From the NCBI GenBank assembly GCA_027487395.1, contig JAIYDR010000384.1:9732-73731 (forward strand): a stretch of 64,000 bases of DNA. The letters are read 5' to 3'. This stretch comes from Rhodobacter sp. Lineage in GTDB: Bacteria; Pseudomonadota; Alphaproteobacteria; Rhodobacterales; Rhodobacteraceae. Within the stretch, counting starts at the first letter, position 1. The number at the start of each line of letters is the position of its first letter. Of the stretch, positions 19,756 through 30,548 are shown piece after piece. A program made the position numbers and the translations under genes. The notes under the pieces are model-generated. The model was not told where the DNA came from, did no database searches, and was given only the letters and a program-made list of their open reading frames with translations.

Positions 19756-20237
19756 TCATGTCTGCCAAGCCAATACAGACCACTGTTGCAAGTCGACACA
19801 GGGTACTGGGATTCGGGTAGGCGAAGGTATGTCAAGCGCGAAGATTGGTTGCGGTCGTCGCCTTCCGAGCGCTAGCGTCTTAGGGCGATTCACGACGTCT
19901 TGGGGGACATGACATAGGCCCGACGGGTTGGGACTGACTGGCGAAATGCTGCCAAGCCTTTGTATAGTCAGACCTTTTCCATTTTGGCTTAGACGAACTG
20001 TGCCATTTGCAAACTGCAGAGCACGGAACAGCCATTGATGTAACGAGCCGAATGGCCCGCGCTTTGGCTGATGTCTGGAATGGACTGGATCATCCCGCCC
20101 CGGCATGACGTGCCGGACGGGAAGACCGGTCTTTTCCGTCCGGGACGCCGCGACCCGCGGGGGTGGTGTGAGCGGTCGAAAAACAGCAGATGTCGCGGGC
20201 AGGGTGGCCCGCAAGGCATCCACGGACGGGTAAAGAA
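19756..20237. promoter_or_regulatory. dnaA upstream region (dnaA promoter; possible oriC-associated DNA)
   Basis: About 480 bp with no credible ORF, visibly lower GC than the flanks, and AT-rich patches. Near-consensus DnaA box TGATCCAGT (minus orientation, 20084-20092) and a weak box GCATCCACG (20216-20224). 11-12 bp inverted repeat at 20113-20143. Confidence 0.3.
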
Positions 20238-21635
20238 ATGACGAATGACACTTGGGGATCGGTCCGTGAGGATTTGGTCAAACGCGTGGGACGCAATAAC
20301 TATGTCACATGGATCGAACCCCTGAAACTTGCGGGACTGGTCGACGGCGTTGCCCGATTCGAGGTTCCGACGTCCTTTTTCGGGGATTGGGTGTCGCGCA
20401 ATTTTGCCGACCATCTGCGTGCGCATATGAATGCCGCCGGAATGGGTGTGGAACGTGTTGAATTCGCCGTCATCCGTCCCGGTGCTGCACCGGCCACCCC
20501 TGCGGATGCCCCTGCCCCCCGTCGCTCCGCCCCGGCCAACCGCGCCACCCCGGTCCCGGCCCCGGCGCGAGCCCGAGCGCAGGACGCCGATGAGGTGCCC
20601 AGCGCCCCGCTGGATGCGCGCTTTACCTTTGATAACTTCGTGGTGGGTAAGCCGAACGAGCTGGCCCATGCCGCCGCGCGCCGGGTGGCCGAAGGCGGAC
20701 CCGTCACCTTTAACCCGCTGTTCCTTTATGGCGGGGTGGGTTTGGGCAAGACCCACCTGATGCACGCCATCGCGCATGACTTGCAAAGCCGCCAAACGGG
20801 GCTGCGCGTGCTGTATCTTTCGGCGGAACAGTTCATGTATCGCTTCGTGCAGGCGCTGCGCGAACGTCAGATCATGGATTTCAAGGAACTCTTCCGGTCC
20901 GTTGATGTGCTGATGGTCGATGATGTACAGTTCATCGCGGGCAAAGACAGCACGCAGGAAGAATTCTTCCACACCTTCAACGCACTGGTTGACCAGAACA
21001 AGCAGATTGTCATCTCGGCTGACCGCGCGCCGGGTGAGATCAAGGACCTTGAGGACCGCATCAAATCCCGCCTGCAATGCGGGTTGGTTGTGGACCTGCA
21101 CCCGACCGATTACGAATTGCGCTTGGGCATCCTGCAAACCAAGGCAGAGCATTATCGGGGCCAATACAAGGGCCTGCAGATTTCTGATGGCGTGCTGGAG
21201 TTTCTGGCCCATCGCATCACCACCAATGTCCGTGTGCTTGAGGGCGCTTTGACCCGTCTGTTCGCATTTGCAAGCCTTGTTGGCCGTGAGATCACGCTGG
21301 AACTGGCGCAGGATTGCCTTGCCGATATCTTGCGCGCTTCGGATCGCAAGCTGACAATCGAAGAAATTCAGCGCAAGGTGGCCGAGCATTACAACATCCG
21401 CCTGTCCGATATGATCGGCCCCAAGCGCCTGCGCACCATCGCGCGGCCGCGACAGATCGCCATGTATCTGGCCAAGCAATTGACGCCCCGGTCCTTGCCA
21501 GAAATCGGGCGCCGTTTTGGCGGGCGGGATCACACCACCATCATGCACGGTGTGCGGAAGGTCGAAGAGTTGATGACGATGGACAGCCAACTGTCCGACG
21601 ACATCCAGCTTTTGCGCCGCCTTTTGCAAGGCTGA
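20238..21635 (+). CDS. dnaA: Chromosomal replication initiator DnaA
   Basis: Start MTNDTWGSVRE... (Met17 of the ORF); Walker A GGVGLGKTHL; C-terminal DNA-binding domain ...IGRRFGGRDHTTIMHG... Confidence 0.95.
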   Translation: MTNDTWGSVREDLVKRVGRNNYVTWIEPLKLAGLVDGVARFEVPTSFFGDWVSRNFADHLRAHMNAAGMGVERVEFAVIRPGAAPATPADAPAPRRSAPANRATPVPAPARARAQDADEVPSAPLDARFTFDNFVVGKPNELAHAAARRVAEGGPVTFNPLFLYGGVGLGKTHLMHAIAHDLQSRQTGLRVLYLSAEQFMYRFVQALRERQIMDFKELFRSVDVLMVDDVQFIAGKDSTQEEFFHTFNALVDQNKQIVISADRAPGEIKDLEDRIKSRLQCGLVVDLHPTDYELRLGILQTKAEHYRGQYKGLQISDGVLEFLAHRITTNVRVLEGALTRLFAFASLVGREITLELAQDCLADILRASDRKLTIEEIQRKVAEHYNIRLSDMIGPKRLRTIARPRQIAMYLAKQLTPRSLPEIGRRFGGRDHTTIMHGVRKVEELMTMDSQLSDDIQLLRRLLQG

Positions 21636-21910
21636 GCCAATGCGCTTCGGTGTGTTTGCCAGTGCCGTGCTAAGTGCCAGCCCTGCCTTTGGCAGCGTGG
21701 GCGCAGCCAGCGACGCAGCGGACATCACCAAGGGCTGCGATTGACGCGGTCTCTGCGGGGGTCTTGTGGCATTTGTCCCGCGCTTTGCGCACAGATGCGC
21801 CAAATCCCTTGTGAACGCCAATAAACCCGCTAATTTCAGCCTCCCCGGCCCCCGGGTTGGCCCAAGGGTCAGTGCAGAGGGGCGGGGCAAGAACGGATGG
21901 GGATGGTAGG

Positions 21911-23029
21911 ATGAAACTCTCGATCGAACGCGGCACGCTCTTGAAGGCGCTGGCTCAGGCGCAATCCGTTGTAGAACGCCGTAACACCATTCCGATCCTC
22001 GCCAATGTGCTGATCGAGGCTGAGGGCGCGCAGGTCAGTTTCCGCGCCACCGATCTGGACATCGAAGTGCTGGATCGCGCCCCCGCCATGGTGGAACGCC
22101 CCGGCGCGACCACGGTTTCGGCGGTGATGCTGCATGAGATCGTGCGCAAACTGCCCGATGGCGCGCTGGTGAACCTGACGGAGGATGGTTCGAATGGTCG
22201 TCTGACCATCACGGCGGGACGCTCTACCTTCAGCCTTGCCACCTTGCCGCGCGAAGATTTCCCGGTGATGGCGACGTCGGAATACACCACCAATTTCAGC
22301 GCCAAGGCCCCCGACCTGCGCCGCCTGTTTGACAAGGCGAAATTCGCCATATCGACCGAAGAGACCCGTTATTACCTGAACGGCGTCTATATGCATGTCG
22401 CCACCGGTGAGTCAGGCCCCGTGCTGCGCTGCGTGGCCACCGATGGCCACCGTCTGGCGCGCATCGACATGCCCCTGCCCGACAGCGCGCAGGGGATGGC
22501 GGGCGTGATCGTGCCGCGCAAGACGGTGGGCGAATTGCGCAAGCTCTTGGACGATGATGACGCGACCATCGCGGTTTCGGTGTCGGAAACCAAGGTGCGC
22601 TTTGCAACGCCTGCAATCACGCTGACCTCAAAGGTCATCGACGGCACCTTCCCCGATTACACCCGTGTGATTCCCACCGGCAACACCCGCCGGCTTGAGG
22701 TGGATGCGTCGGAGTTCGCCAAGGCGGTGGACCGTGTCGCCACGGTGTCATCGGAACGCTCGCGCGCGGTGAAGCTGTCTTTGGATGAGGATCGCTTGAT
22801 CCTGTCCGTCAACGCCCCCGACAGCGGTGCCGCCGAGGAAGAACTCGCTGTCGCCTATGGCGATGAACGGCTGGAGATTGGCTTTAACGCCAAATACCTG
22901 TTGGAAATCGCGTCCCAAGTGGACCGCGAGAACGCCGTATTCTTGTTCAACTCGTCGGGCGATCCCACGCTGATGCGCGAAGGCAATGACATGAGCGCGG
23001 TCTATGTCGTGATGCCGATGCGCGTCTGA
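21911..23029 (+). CDS. dnaN: DNA polymerase III beta sliding clamp
   Basis: MKLSIERGTLLKALAQAQSVVERRNTIPIL...; 372 aa; C-terminus ...VYVVMPMRV. Confidence 0.95.
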   Translation: MKLSIERGTLLKALAQAQSVVERRNTIPILANVLIEAEGAQVSFRATDLDIEVLDRAPAMVERPGATTVSAVMLHEIVRKLPDGALVNLTEDGSNGRLTITAGRSTFSLATLPREDFPVMATSEYTTNFSAKAPDLRRLFDKAKFAISTEETRYYLNGVYMHVATGESGPVLRCVATDGHRLARIDMPLPDSAQGMAGVIVPRKTVGELRKLLDDDDATIAVSVSETKVRFATPAITLTSKVIDGTFPDYTRVIPTGNTRRLEVDASEFAKAVDRVATVSSERSRAVKLSLDEDRLILSVNAPDSGAAEEELAVAYGDERLEIGFNAKYLLEIASQVDRENAVFLFNSSGDPTLMREGNDMSAVYVVMPMRV

Positions 23030-23045
23030 CAGGGCAGGGGGGCAT

Positions 23046-23471
23046 TTGCCGGTTCAATTCCATCCAAAGCAGGGCAGTGTGGTGCTCGTGCGTTTCGATG
23101 GAGCATTCAAAGAGCCGGAGATGGTCAAGCCTCGGCCCTGCGTGGTCACTTCTTAAGCGATGAAGTCGCGACCCGGTCTGTGTACGGTCGTTCCGCTGAG
23201 TACGACTACCCCTTCACCCGTGATGCCTAATCATTGCGCGTTGGAACTTTCCCTGACGCTTCCCGAGCGTTGGAATGCCCCCTCATGTTGGGTCAAGGGC
23301 GATATGGTCTATGCGGTTGGCCTTCATCGGGTTGATCTGTTTCGGCTGGGAAAAGGTGCAGACGGACGACGCGTTTATCAAACGGAAACGCTTCCCTTGT
23401 CTGATTTGAAGCGCATACAGGCCTGCGTCCTTGAAGGACTGGGACTGCCGGGCTTGACGAAACATCTTTGA
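23046..23471 (+). pseudogene. PemK/MazF-fold (YifN-like) toxin-family gene interrupted by an in-frame TAA
   Basis: From TTG at 23046 the frame reads LPVQFHPKQGSVVLVRFDGAFKEPEMVKPRPCVVTS, then TAA (23154-23156). It continues in the same frame as AMKSRPGLCTVVPLSTTTP... into the 103-aa ORF (23160-23471). Collinear with PemK-like proteins as I remember them. Confidence 0.6.
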
Positions 23472-23576
23472 GAGAGCATCTAGGCACCGTGGCGGCTCTG
23501 GGCGACCATCCGTTTCAAGACCCTTCGGGGCCATCGGGCCCGCCAGCGACAGCAAGCTGTGGCCCGATGATCGTAA

Positions 23577-23608
23577 GCCCTGCGCCACGGGCGCGGGGCT
23601 TTCTTGTT
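23577..23608 (+). terminator. Rho-independent terminator before recF
   Basis: GCCCTGCGCC-ACG-GGCGCGGGGC, a 10-bp stem with one G-U pair, followed by TTTCTTGTTT. Confidence 0.6.
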
Positions 23609-23638
23609 TAGACTGGAGTCTTTGGCTAAGCCGATCAC

Positions 23639-24742
23639 ATGACGCTTGGCATTTCCACCCTCACCCTGTCCCATTTCCGCAGCCATCGCGCGGTGCGGAT
23701 GGAGTTTGACGGGCGGCCTGTGGCGATTCACGGGCCAAATGGCGCTGGCAAGACCAATATCTTAGAGGCGGTGTCGCTGCTTTCGCCCGGTCGCGGCCTC
23801 AGGCGGGCGGGGGCCGAGGAATTGGCACGGCGGCCCGAGGCCTTGGGCTGGAAAATCCGGGCCGAGGTGCTCGGTCTGGACGCCCCGCATGAAGTAGAGA
23901 CGGGGGCCGAAGGGGCGGCGGCCCGCACCGTGCGGATCGACGGCAAGCCCGCGCCGCAACTGGCCTTGGCGCGCCTGTTGCGGGTGCTGTGGCTGGTGCC
24001 CGCGATGGACCGGTTGTGGATCGAAGCGGCCGAGGGGCGGCGGCGCTTTCTGGACCGTCTGACGCTGAGTTTCGCCCCCGACCATGCCGAAGCAGTCTTG
24101 GCCTATGAAAAGGCGATGCGCGACCGCAACCGATTGTTGAAGGATCAGGTGAGCGATCCGCATTGGTACACAGCCCTTGAATCGCAGATGGCCGAAAGCG
24201 GGGCGATGATCACCGCCAACCGACAGGCAGCGCTGTCGCGACTGGCAGAGGCGCAAGAGGGGGCCGAGACGGCCTTTCCACGCGCCGACCTGTCGCTGAC
24301 CGGGCCAGAGGGCGAAGCGATGCCGGAATTGCCCGATGACCTTGCCACCGCGCTGTCCCGAGGGCGACGGCGCGACATGGCGGCGGGGCGCACACTGACG
24401 GGCCCGCATCGCGCCGATCTGGCGGCGGTCTTTGCGGCCAAGGGCGTGGCGGCGGACCAATGTTCGACGGGAGAGCAGAAGGCGCTGCTGATCAGCCTGA
24501 TCTTGGCCAATGCCCGCGCTTTGGCCGCCGATCTGGGCGCCGCGCCGATCCTCTTGTTGGATGAGGTGGCGGCGCATCTGGATCAATCCCGCCGTGCCGC
24601 GCTGTATGATGAGATTTGCGCCTTGGGCGCGCAGGCAATGATGACAGGAACCGAGCCGGGGTTGTTTGACAGTCTGGGCCAACGGGCGCAAACACTTTGC
24701 GTCGCCGATGTGGGCGGCGTTTCAACGGTGGTGATGGAATGA
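23639..24742 (+). CDS. recF: DNA replication and repair protein RecF
   Basis: Walker A GPNGAGKTNILEA; SMC-like signature ...CSTGEQKALLISL...; Walker B LLLDEV. Confidence 0.95.
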   Translation: MTLGISTLTLSHFRSHRAVRMEFDGRPVAIHGPNGAGKTNILEAVSLLSPGRGLRRAGAEELARRPEALGWKIRAEVLGLDAPHEVETGAEGAAARTVRIDGKPAPQLALARLLRVLWLVPAMDRLWIEAAEGRRRFLDRLTLSFAPDHAEAVLAYEKAMRDRNRLLKDQVSDPHWYTALESQMAESGAMITANRQAALSRLAEAQEGAETAFPRADLSLTGPEGEAMPELPDDLATALSRGRRRDMAAGRTLTGPHRADLAAVFAAKGVAADQCSTGEQKALLISLILANARALAADLGAAPILLLDEVAAHLDQSRRAALYDEICALGAQAMMTGTEPGLFDSLGQRAQTLCVADVGGVSTVVME

Positions 24743-25173
24743 CCCCTCAGCGTGTGACCTTGATTACCCTTGGCGCGTCCGACCTTTCTGCGGCACGGGC
24801 CTTTTACGCCCGACTTGGCTGGATTGAGCATGGCGAAAGCCAACCGGGCTGCGCCTTTTTTCAGATGCACGGGCAGGCGCTGGCGCTGTACGGACGCGAT
24901 GCCCTTGCCGCGGATCAGGGCCGCGCTGGCGCGATCTTGGCAACCGGGGCGGTGACCTTGGGGCAGAACTTCGCGACAGAGGCCGAGGTGGACGCCGCCT
25001 TTGCCGCCGCGCTCTCCGCCGGTGCCACTGCGCTGAAGGCCCCGGAAAAGGTGTTCTGGGGCGGCTATTCCGGCTATTGGGCCGACTTGGACGGGCATGT
25101 CTGGGAGGTGGCGATGAATCCGTTCTGGCCGCTGAACGCCGACGGCTCCCTGACACTGCCGGGCGCTGAATGA
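24739..25173 (+). CDS. VOC/glyoxalase-family protein
   Basis: 144 aa from an ATG overlapping the recF stop (ATGA). ...YARLGW... and ...GGYSGYWADLDGHVWEVAMNP... are typical of the glyoxalase/bleomycin-resistance fold. Confidence 0.7.
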   Translation: MTPQRVTLITLGASDLSAARAFYARLGWIEHGESQPGCAFFQMHGQALALYGRDALAADQGRAGAILATGAVTLGQNFATEAEVDAAFAAALSAGATALKAPEKVFWGGYSGYWADLDGHVWEVAMNPFWPLNADGSLTLPGAE

Positions 25174-25790
25174 CGGTTTCGATCACCGAACTGCTGCTTT
25201 ACGCAGGTGGCATGGCCGCGCTTTGGGCGGTGCCCGGTCCGGTCTGGGTGGCCTTGACCGCGCGGGCGCTGACGGGGGGCTTTGCGGCGGCCTGGCCACT
25301 GGCGGTGGGGGTGGCTTTAGGTGATCTCTTCTGGCCGCTTGCCGCGATCCTTGGGCTGACGTGGATTGAAAGCGTTTACGGCGATTTCCTTCTGGTCCTG
25401 CGCTACGTTGCGGCGCTGGTCTTTCTGGCGATGGGCGTGATGCTGATCCGCAAGCCGGTGACCACGCTGAACGCTGATAACCGCCTGACCAAGCCCGGGC
25501 TTTGGGCCGGGTTTTCGGTCGGGGTGGCGGCGGTGATCGGCAATCCCAAGGCGATCCTGTTTTACATGGGCGCGCTGCCGGGGTTCTTTGATCTGGCCCA
25601 TGTCAACGCCGCCGATACCGTTGCGATCATCCTGATTTCGGCCGTTGTCCCGATGGCGGGCAATCTGGCGCTCGCCCTCATGTTGGACCGGGCACGACGG
25701 CTTTTGTCCAGCCCAGCAGCGCTGCGGCGGATGAACCTGGGCTCAGGGGTTTTGCTGATCCTTGTCGGGCTGGTGATTCCCTTCGTCTGA
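25170..25790 (+). CDS. LysE/RhtB-family amino acid exporter
   Basis: 206 aa; six hydrophobic segments; N-terminal ...VPGPVWV... motif; ATGA overlap with the upstream gene. Confidence 0.8.
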   Translation: MTVSITELLLYAGGMAALWAVPGPVWVALTARALTGGFAAAWPLAVGVALGDLFWPLAAILGLTWIESVYGDFLLVLRYVAALVFLAMGVMLIRKPVTTLNADNRLTKPGLWAGFSVGVAAVIGNPKAILFYMGALPGFFDLAHVNAADTVAIILISAVVPMAGNLALALMLDRARRLLSSPAALRRMNLGSGVLLILVGLVIPFV

Positions 25791-25822
25791 CGCAATATAT
25801 TGTGGTGGACCCGTGACAATCC

Positions 25823-25851
25823 CCGCGAGGGAAAGTATAAATCGCGGGCAA
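25823..25851 (+). promoter_or_regulatory. Putative gyrB promoter (GTGACA-N17-TATAAA)
   Basis: The -35-like hexamer (25823-25828) and -10-like hexamer (25846-25851) lie about 20 nt upstream of the gyrB ATG. The -10 sits in the loop of the 7-bp inverted repeat CCCGCGA/TCGCGGG (25832-25858). Confidence 0.35.
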
Positions 25852-25855
25852 TTGA

Positions 25856-28321
<2,466 letters not shown>

Positions 28322-28345
28322 CGCGGCAAGTCCTGTCTGATATAC

Positions 28346-28376
28346 GGCCTGCCCCCGTGGCGGGCCGTTTCCTTTT
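28346..28376 (+). terminator. Rho-independent terminator after gyrB
   Basis: GGCCTGCC-CCCGT-GGCGGGCC, an 8-bp stem with one G-U pair, followed by GTTTCCTTTT. Confidence 0.55.
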
Positions 28377-28421
28377 GCGCCACCCGCGCTAGACTGCGCC
28401 ACAGGGGAATGGGGGAAGATC

Positions 28422-29561
28422 ATGATCGACATGCCGCAGGACGGGCTTTTCGTCGGGCGCATCTGGCGGGCGGGCATTGGCCCTTGCCTTGTCACGCTGC
28501 GCGACGGGATGGTGGTGGACATCACCAGCACCGCCGCCCCCACCATGCGCGACCTGCTGGAGATGGACGACATCCCCGCCTTCGTCACCGCGCAAGGTGG
28601 CACAACGGTCATGCCGCTGTCCGACCTTATGGCAGCGAGTATTGAGGCATCGGGCAATCAGACGCGCCTGCTGGCCCCCTGCGATCTGCAAGCGGTCAAG
28701 GCCTGTGGCGTGACCTTTGCCCGGTCCATGATCGAACGTGTGATCGAAGAACGCGCCGGCGGCGATCCGACGCGTGCCGATGCCATCCGCGCGCGGGTGC
28801 TATCGGTGATCGGCGACAGCCTGCGCAATCTGGTTCCCGGATCAGACCAGGCGGCCGAGGTAAAGCGCCTGTTGCAGGCCGAAAACCTGTGGTCGGCCTA
28901 TCTTGAGGTCGGTATCGGCCCGGACGCCGAGGTGTTTACCAAATGCCCGCCGATGGCGGCCGTGGGTTGGGGTGCGACCGTGGGCCTGCATCCCATCAGC
29001 ACCTGGAACAACCCCGAACCCGAAGTTGTGCTCGCCGTCGCCAGCACGGGGCGCATCGTCGGTGTCAGCCTTGGCAATGACGTCAACCTGCGCGACGTTG
29101 AGGGGCGGTCTGCCCTGCTCTTGGGCAAGGCCAAGGACAACAATGCCAGCGCCGCCATTGGCCCCTTCATCCGCCTGTTTGATGGCACGTTCGGGATGGG
29201 TCACGTCCGGCAGTTGGAACTGACCATGACGGTGGCGGGAACCGACGGTTTTGCCCTGACAGGCCGCTCATCCATGGCGGAAATCAGCCGCGATCCGGCG
29301 GACCTTGCCGCCCAGACCTGCGGGCGGCATCACCAGTATCCGGATGGATTCATGCTGTATTGTGGCACCATGTTTGCGCCGGTGCAGGACAGGGACGCAC
29401 AGGGTCAGGGCTTTACCCACCATATCGGCGATGTGGTCCGCATTGGCACCCCGGCGCTGGGCACCTTGGAAAACACCGTCCGCCTGGCCACCCAAGCGCC
29501 GGAATGGACCTTTGGCACCGCCGCCTTGATGCGCAACCTGTCGGGGCGCGGCCTGCTTTAA
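28422..29561 (+). CDS. Fumarylacetoacetate hydrolase (FAH) family protein
   Basis: 379 aa. Overall resemblance to long FAH-family hydratase/hydrolases, assigned from memory; no decisive motif checked. Confidence 0.5.
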   Translation: MIDMPQDGLFVGRIWRAGIGPCLVTLRDGMVVDITSTAAPTMRDLLEMDDIPAFVTAQGGTTVMPLSDLMAASIEASGNQTRLLAPCDLQAVKACGVTFARSMIERVIEERAGGDPTRADAIRARVLSVIGDSLRNLVPGSDQAAEVKRLLQAENLWSAYLEVGIGPDAEVFTKCPPMAAVGWGATVGLHPISTWNNPEPEVVLAVASTGRIVGVSLGNDVNLRDVEGRSALLLGKAKDNNASAAIGPFIRLFDGTFGMGHVRQLELTMTVAGTDGFALTGRSSMAEISRDPADLAAQTCGRHHQYPDGFMLYCGTMFAPVQDRDAQGQGFTHHIGDVVRIGTPALGTLENTVRLATQAPEWTFGTAALMRNLSGRGLL

Positions 29562-30175
29562 CCGCCCAGGCCGACCATGCCATTCACCCAAGACTCGCCG
29601 GTGCGGCTGTCCTTGCCTTTGGTTTGAACGCCCACCTCAAGGTCGGGGAAATAGACCCAACGCCCGGACCATGTGACCGGGCCGGAATAGAAGTTTCCGT
29701 TGACCCCTATCGCACGATAGCGGCACCCGTTGAGCGTGACGGTCTTTTCCGGGTCAAAGCTGTAGGCGACGGTGAAGGACCACGTTTTCTTCACCCCACC
29801 AAAATTGCCGCTGGCCACACCGGTTGTGGCGAAATTGCCGCCCGCCACCGGAACCGGACCGCTTTGGTCATAGACGGTCTCGATCTCCCACTGCGCGGCG
29901 GGAAAGGGCGTGCTGTTCGTTTCCGGATCGACCGACAGGTTTTGCTGTTCAAGGCGCGGATAGACACCGTAAAGCGTCCTCTGCCACCGCAACGGCTCAC
30001 CCTCTGGGTCACGGTATTCGGCCTGAACGCCCGCTTCACTGCGCGACAATCGCCATTCGTCGCCAGCCTTCAGGAAAACGGTCACCTCAGTCTCGGAAAA
30101 GTCGTCCTTGGTCAGGCAGTCGGCAAAGGCCGGTTGCGCCAGACACAGGGCAAAAGCCGCAAATCGCAAAAACAT
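29558..30175 (-). CDS. Secreted hypothetical protein
   Basis: 205 aa; signal peptide MFLRFAAFALCLAQPAFA-DC; no family recognised; 4-nt convergent overlap with the FAH gene. Confidence 0.5.
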   Translation of the reverse strand: MFLRFAAFALCLAQPAFADCLTKDDFSETEVTVFLKAGDEWRLSRSEAGVQAEYRDPEGEPLRWQRTLYGVYPRLEQQNLSVDPETNSTPFPAAQWEIETVYDQSGPVPVAGGNFATTGVASGNFGGVKKTWSFTVAYSFDPEKTVTLNGCRYRAIGVNGNFYSGPVTWSGRWVYFPDLEVGVQTKGKDSRTGESWVNGMVGLGG

Positions 30176-30210
30176 AAAATCACCGAACGAGTCAATTTGT
30201 CTAACAAAGG

Positions 30211-30287
30211 TGGTGACCCCGGCGTGATTCGAACACGCGGCCTACGGTTTAGGAAACCGCCGCTCTATCCTGCTGAGCTACGGAGCC
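30211..30287 (-). tRNA. tRNA-Arg (anticodon CCT)
   Basis: The reverse complement GGCTCCGTAGCTCAGCAGGATAGAGCGGCGGTTTCCTAAACCGTAGGCCGCGTGTTCGAATCACGCCGGGGTCACCA folds as a cloverleaf. Anticodon loop TTCCTAA; T-loop GTTCGAATC; encoded CCA. Confidence 0.9.
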
Positions 30288-30346
30288 ACTACGCTCTTCA
30301 TGCCGTGAAAACTCTGCCGATTCAACGTCTGCCGATTGTCAGGCTG

Positions 30347-30391
30347 ACAAAAAAGAAAAGGGGGAGTGAATTTTTGGCCCACCACTCCCCC
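30347..30391 (-). terminator. Orphan Rho-independent terminator (minus strand)
   Basis: On the minus strand: GGGGGAGTG-(14-nt loop)-CACTCCCCC followed by TTTTCTTTTTTG. It lies upstream of the tRNA and has no protein gene feeding into it. Confidence 0.6.
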
Positions 30392-30548
30392 TCCGGTCCG
30401 TCGCGTCTGGGTTGAGAGCTTGCAGGACGCGCAGGATATCGCCAGCACGATGGCTGTTAGCGGTAACATAGGCGATTCCTGCCCCTTGGACAAGGGCCTC
30501 TATTGGCGCTAACAGTGGCTGTGATGAAATTCACGCAGGACCCTTTCC

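Noticed and set aside
19989-21890. 633-aa minus-strand ORF covering the whole dnaA gene
   Set aside because: It is antisense to an unmistakable dnaA. The Arg/Gly/Ala-rich composition is typical of shadow ORFs in high-GC DNA, and no motif was recognised.
28422-30287. Possible genomic island integrated at tRNA-Arg(CCT)
   Set aside because: There is no integrase, no direct repeat of the tRNA 3' end, and no compositional shift visible by eye. The neighbouring genes look like ordinary chromosomal content.
30278-30493. 71-aa minus-strand ORF between the lacI gene and tRNA-Arg
   Set aside because: It runs through a strong terminator hairpin and overlaps the 5' end of the tRNA gene. It is more plausibly non-coding (see the sRNA candidate).
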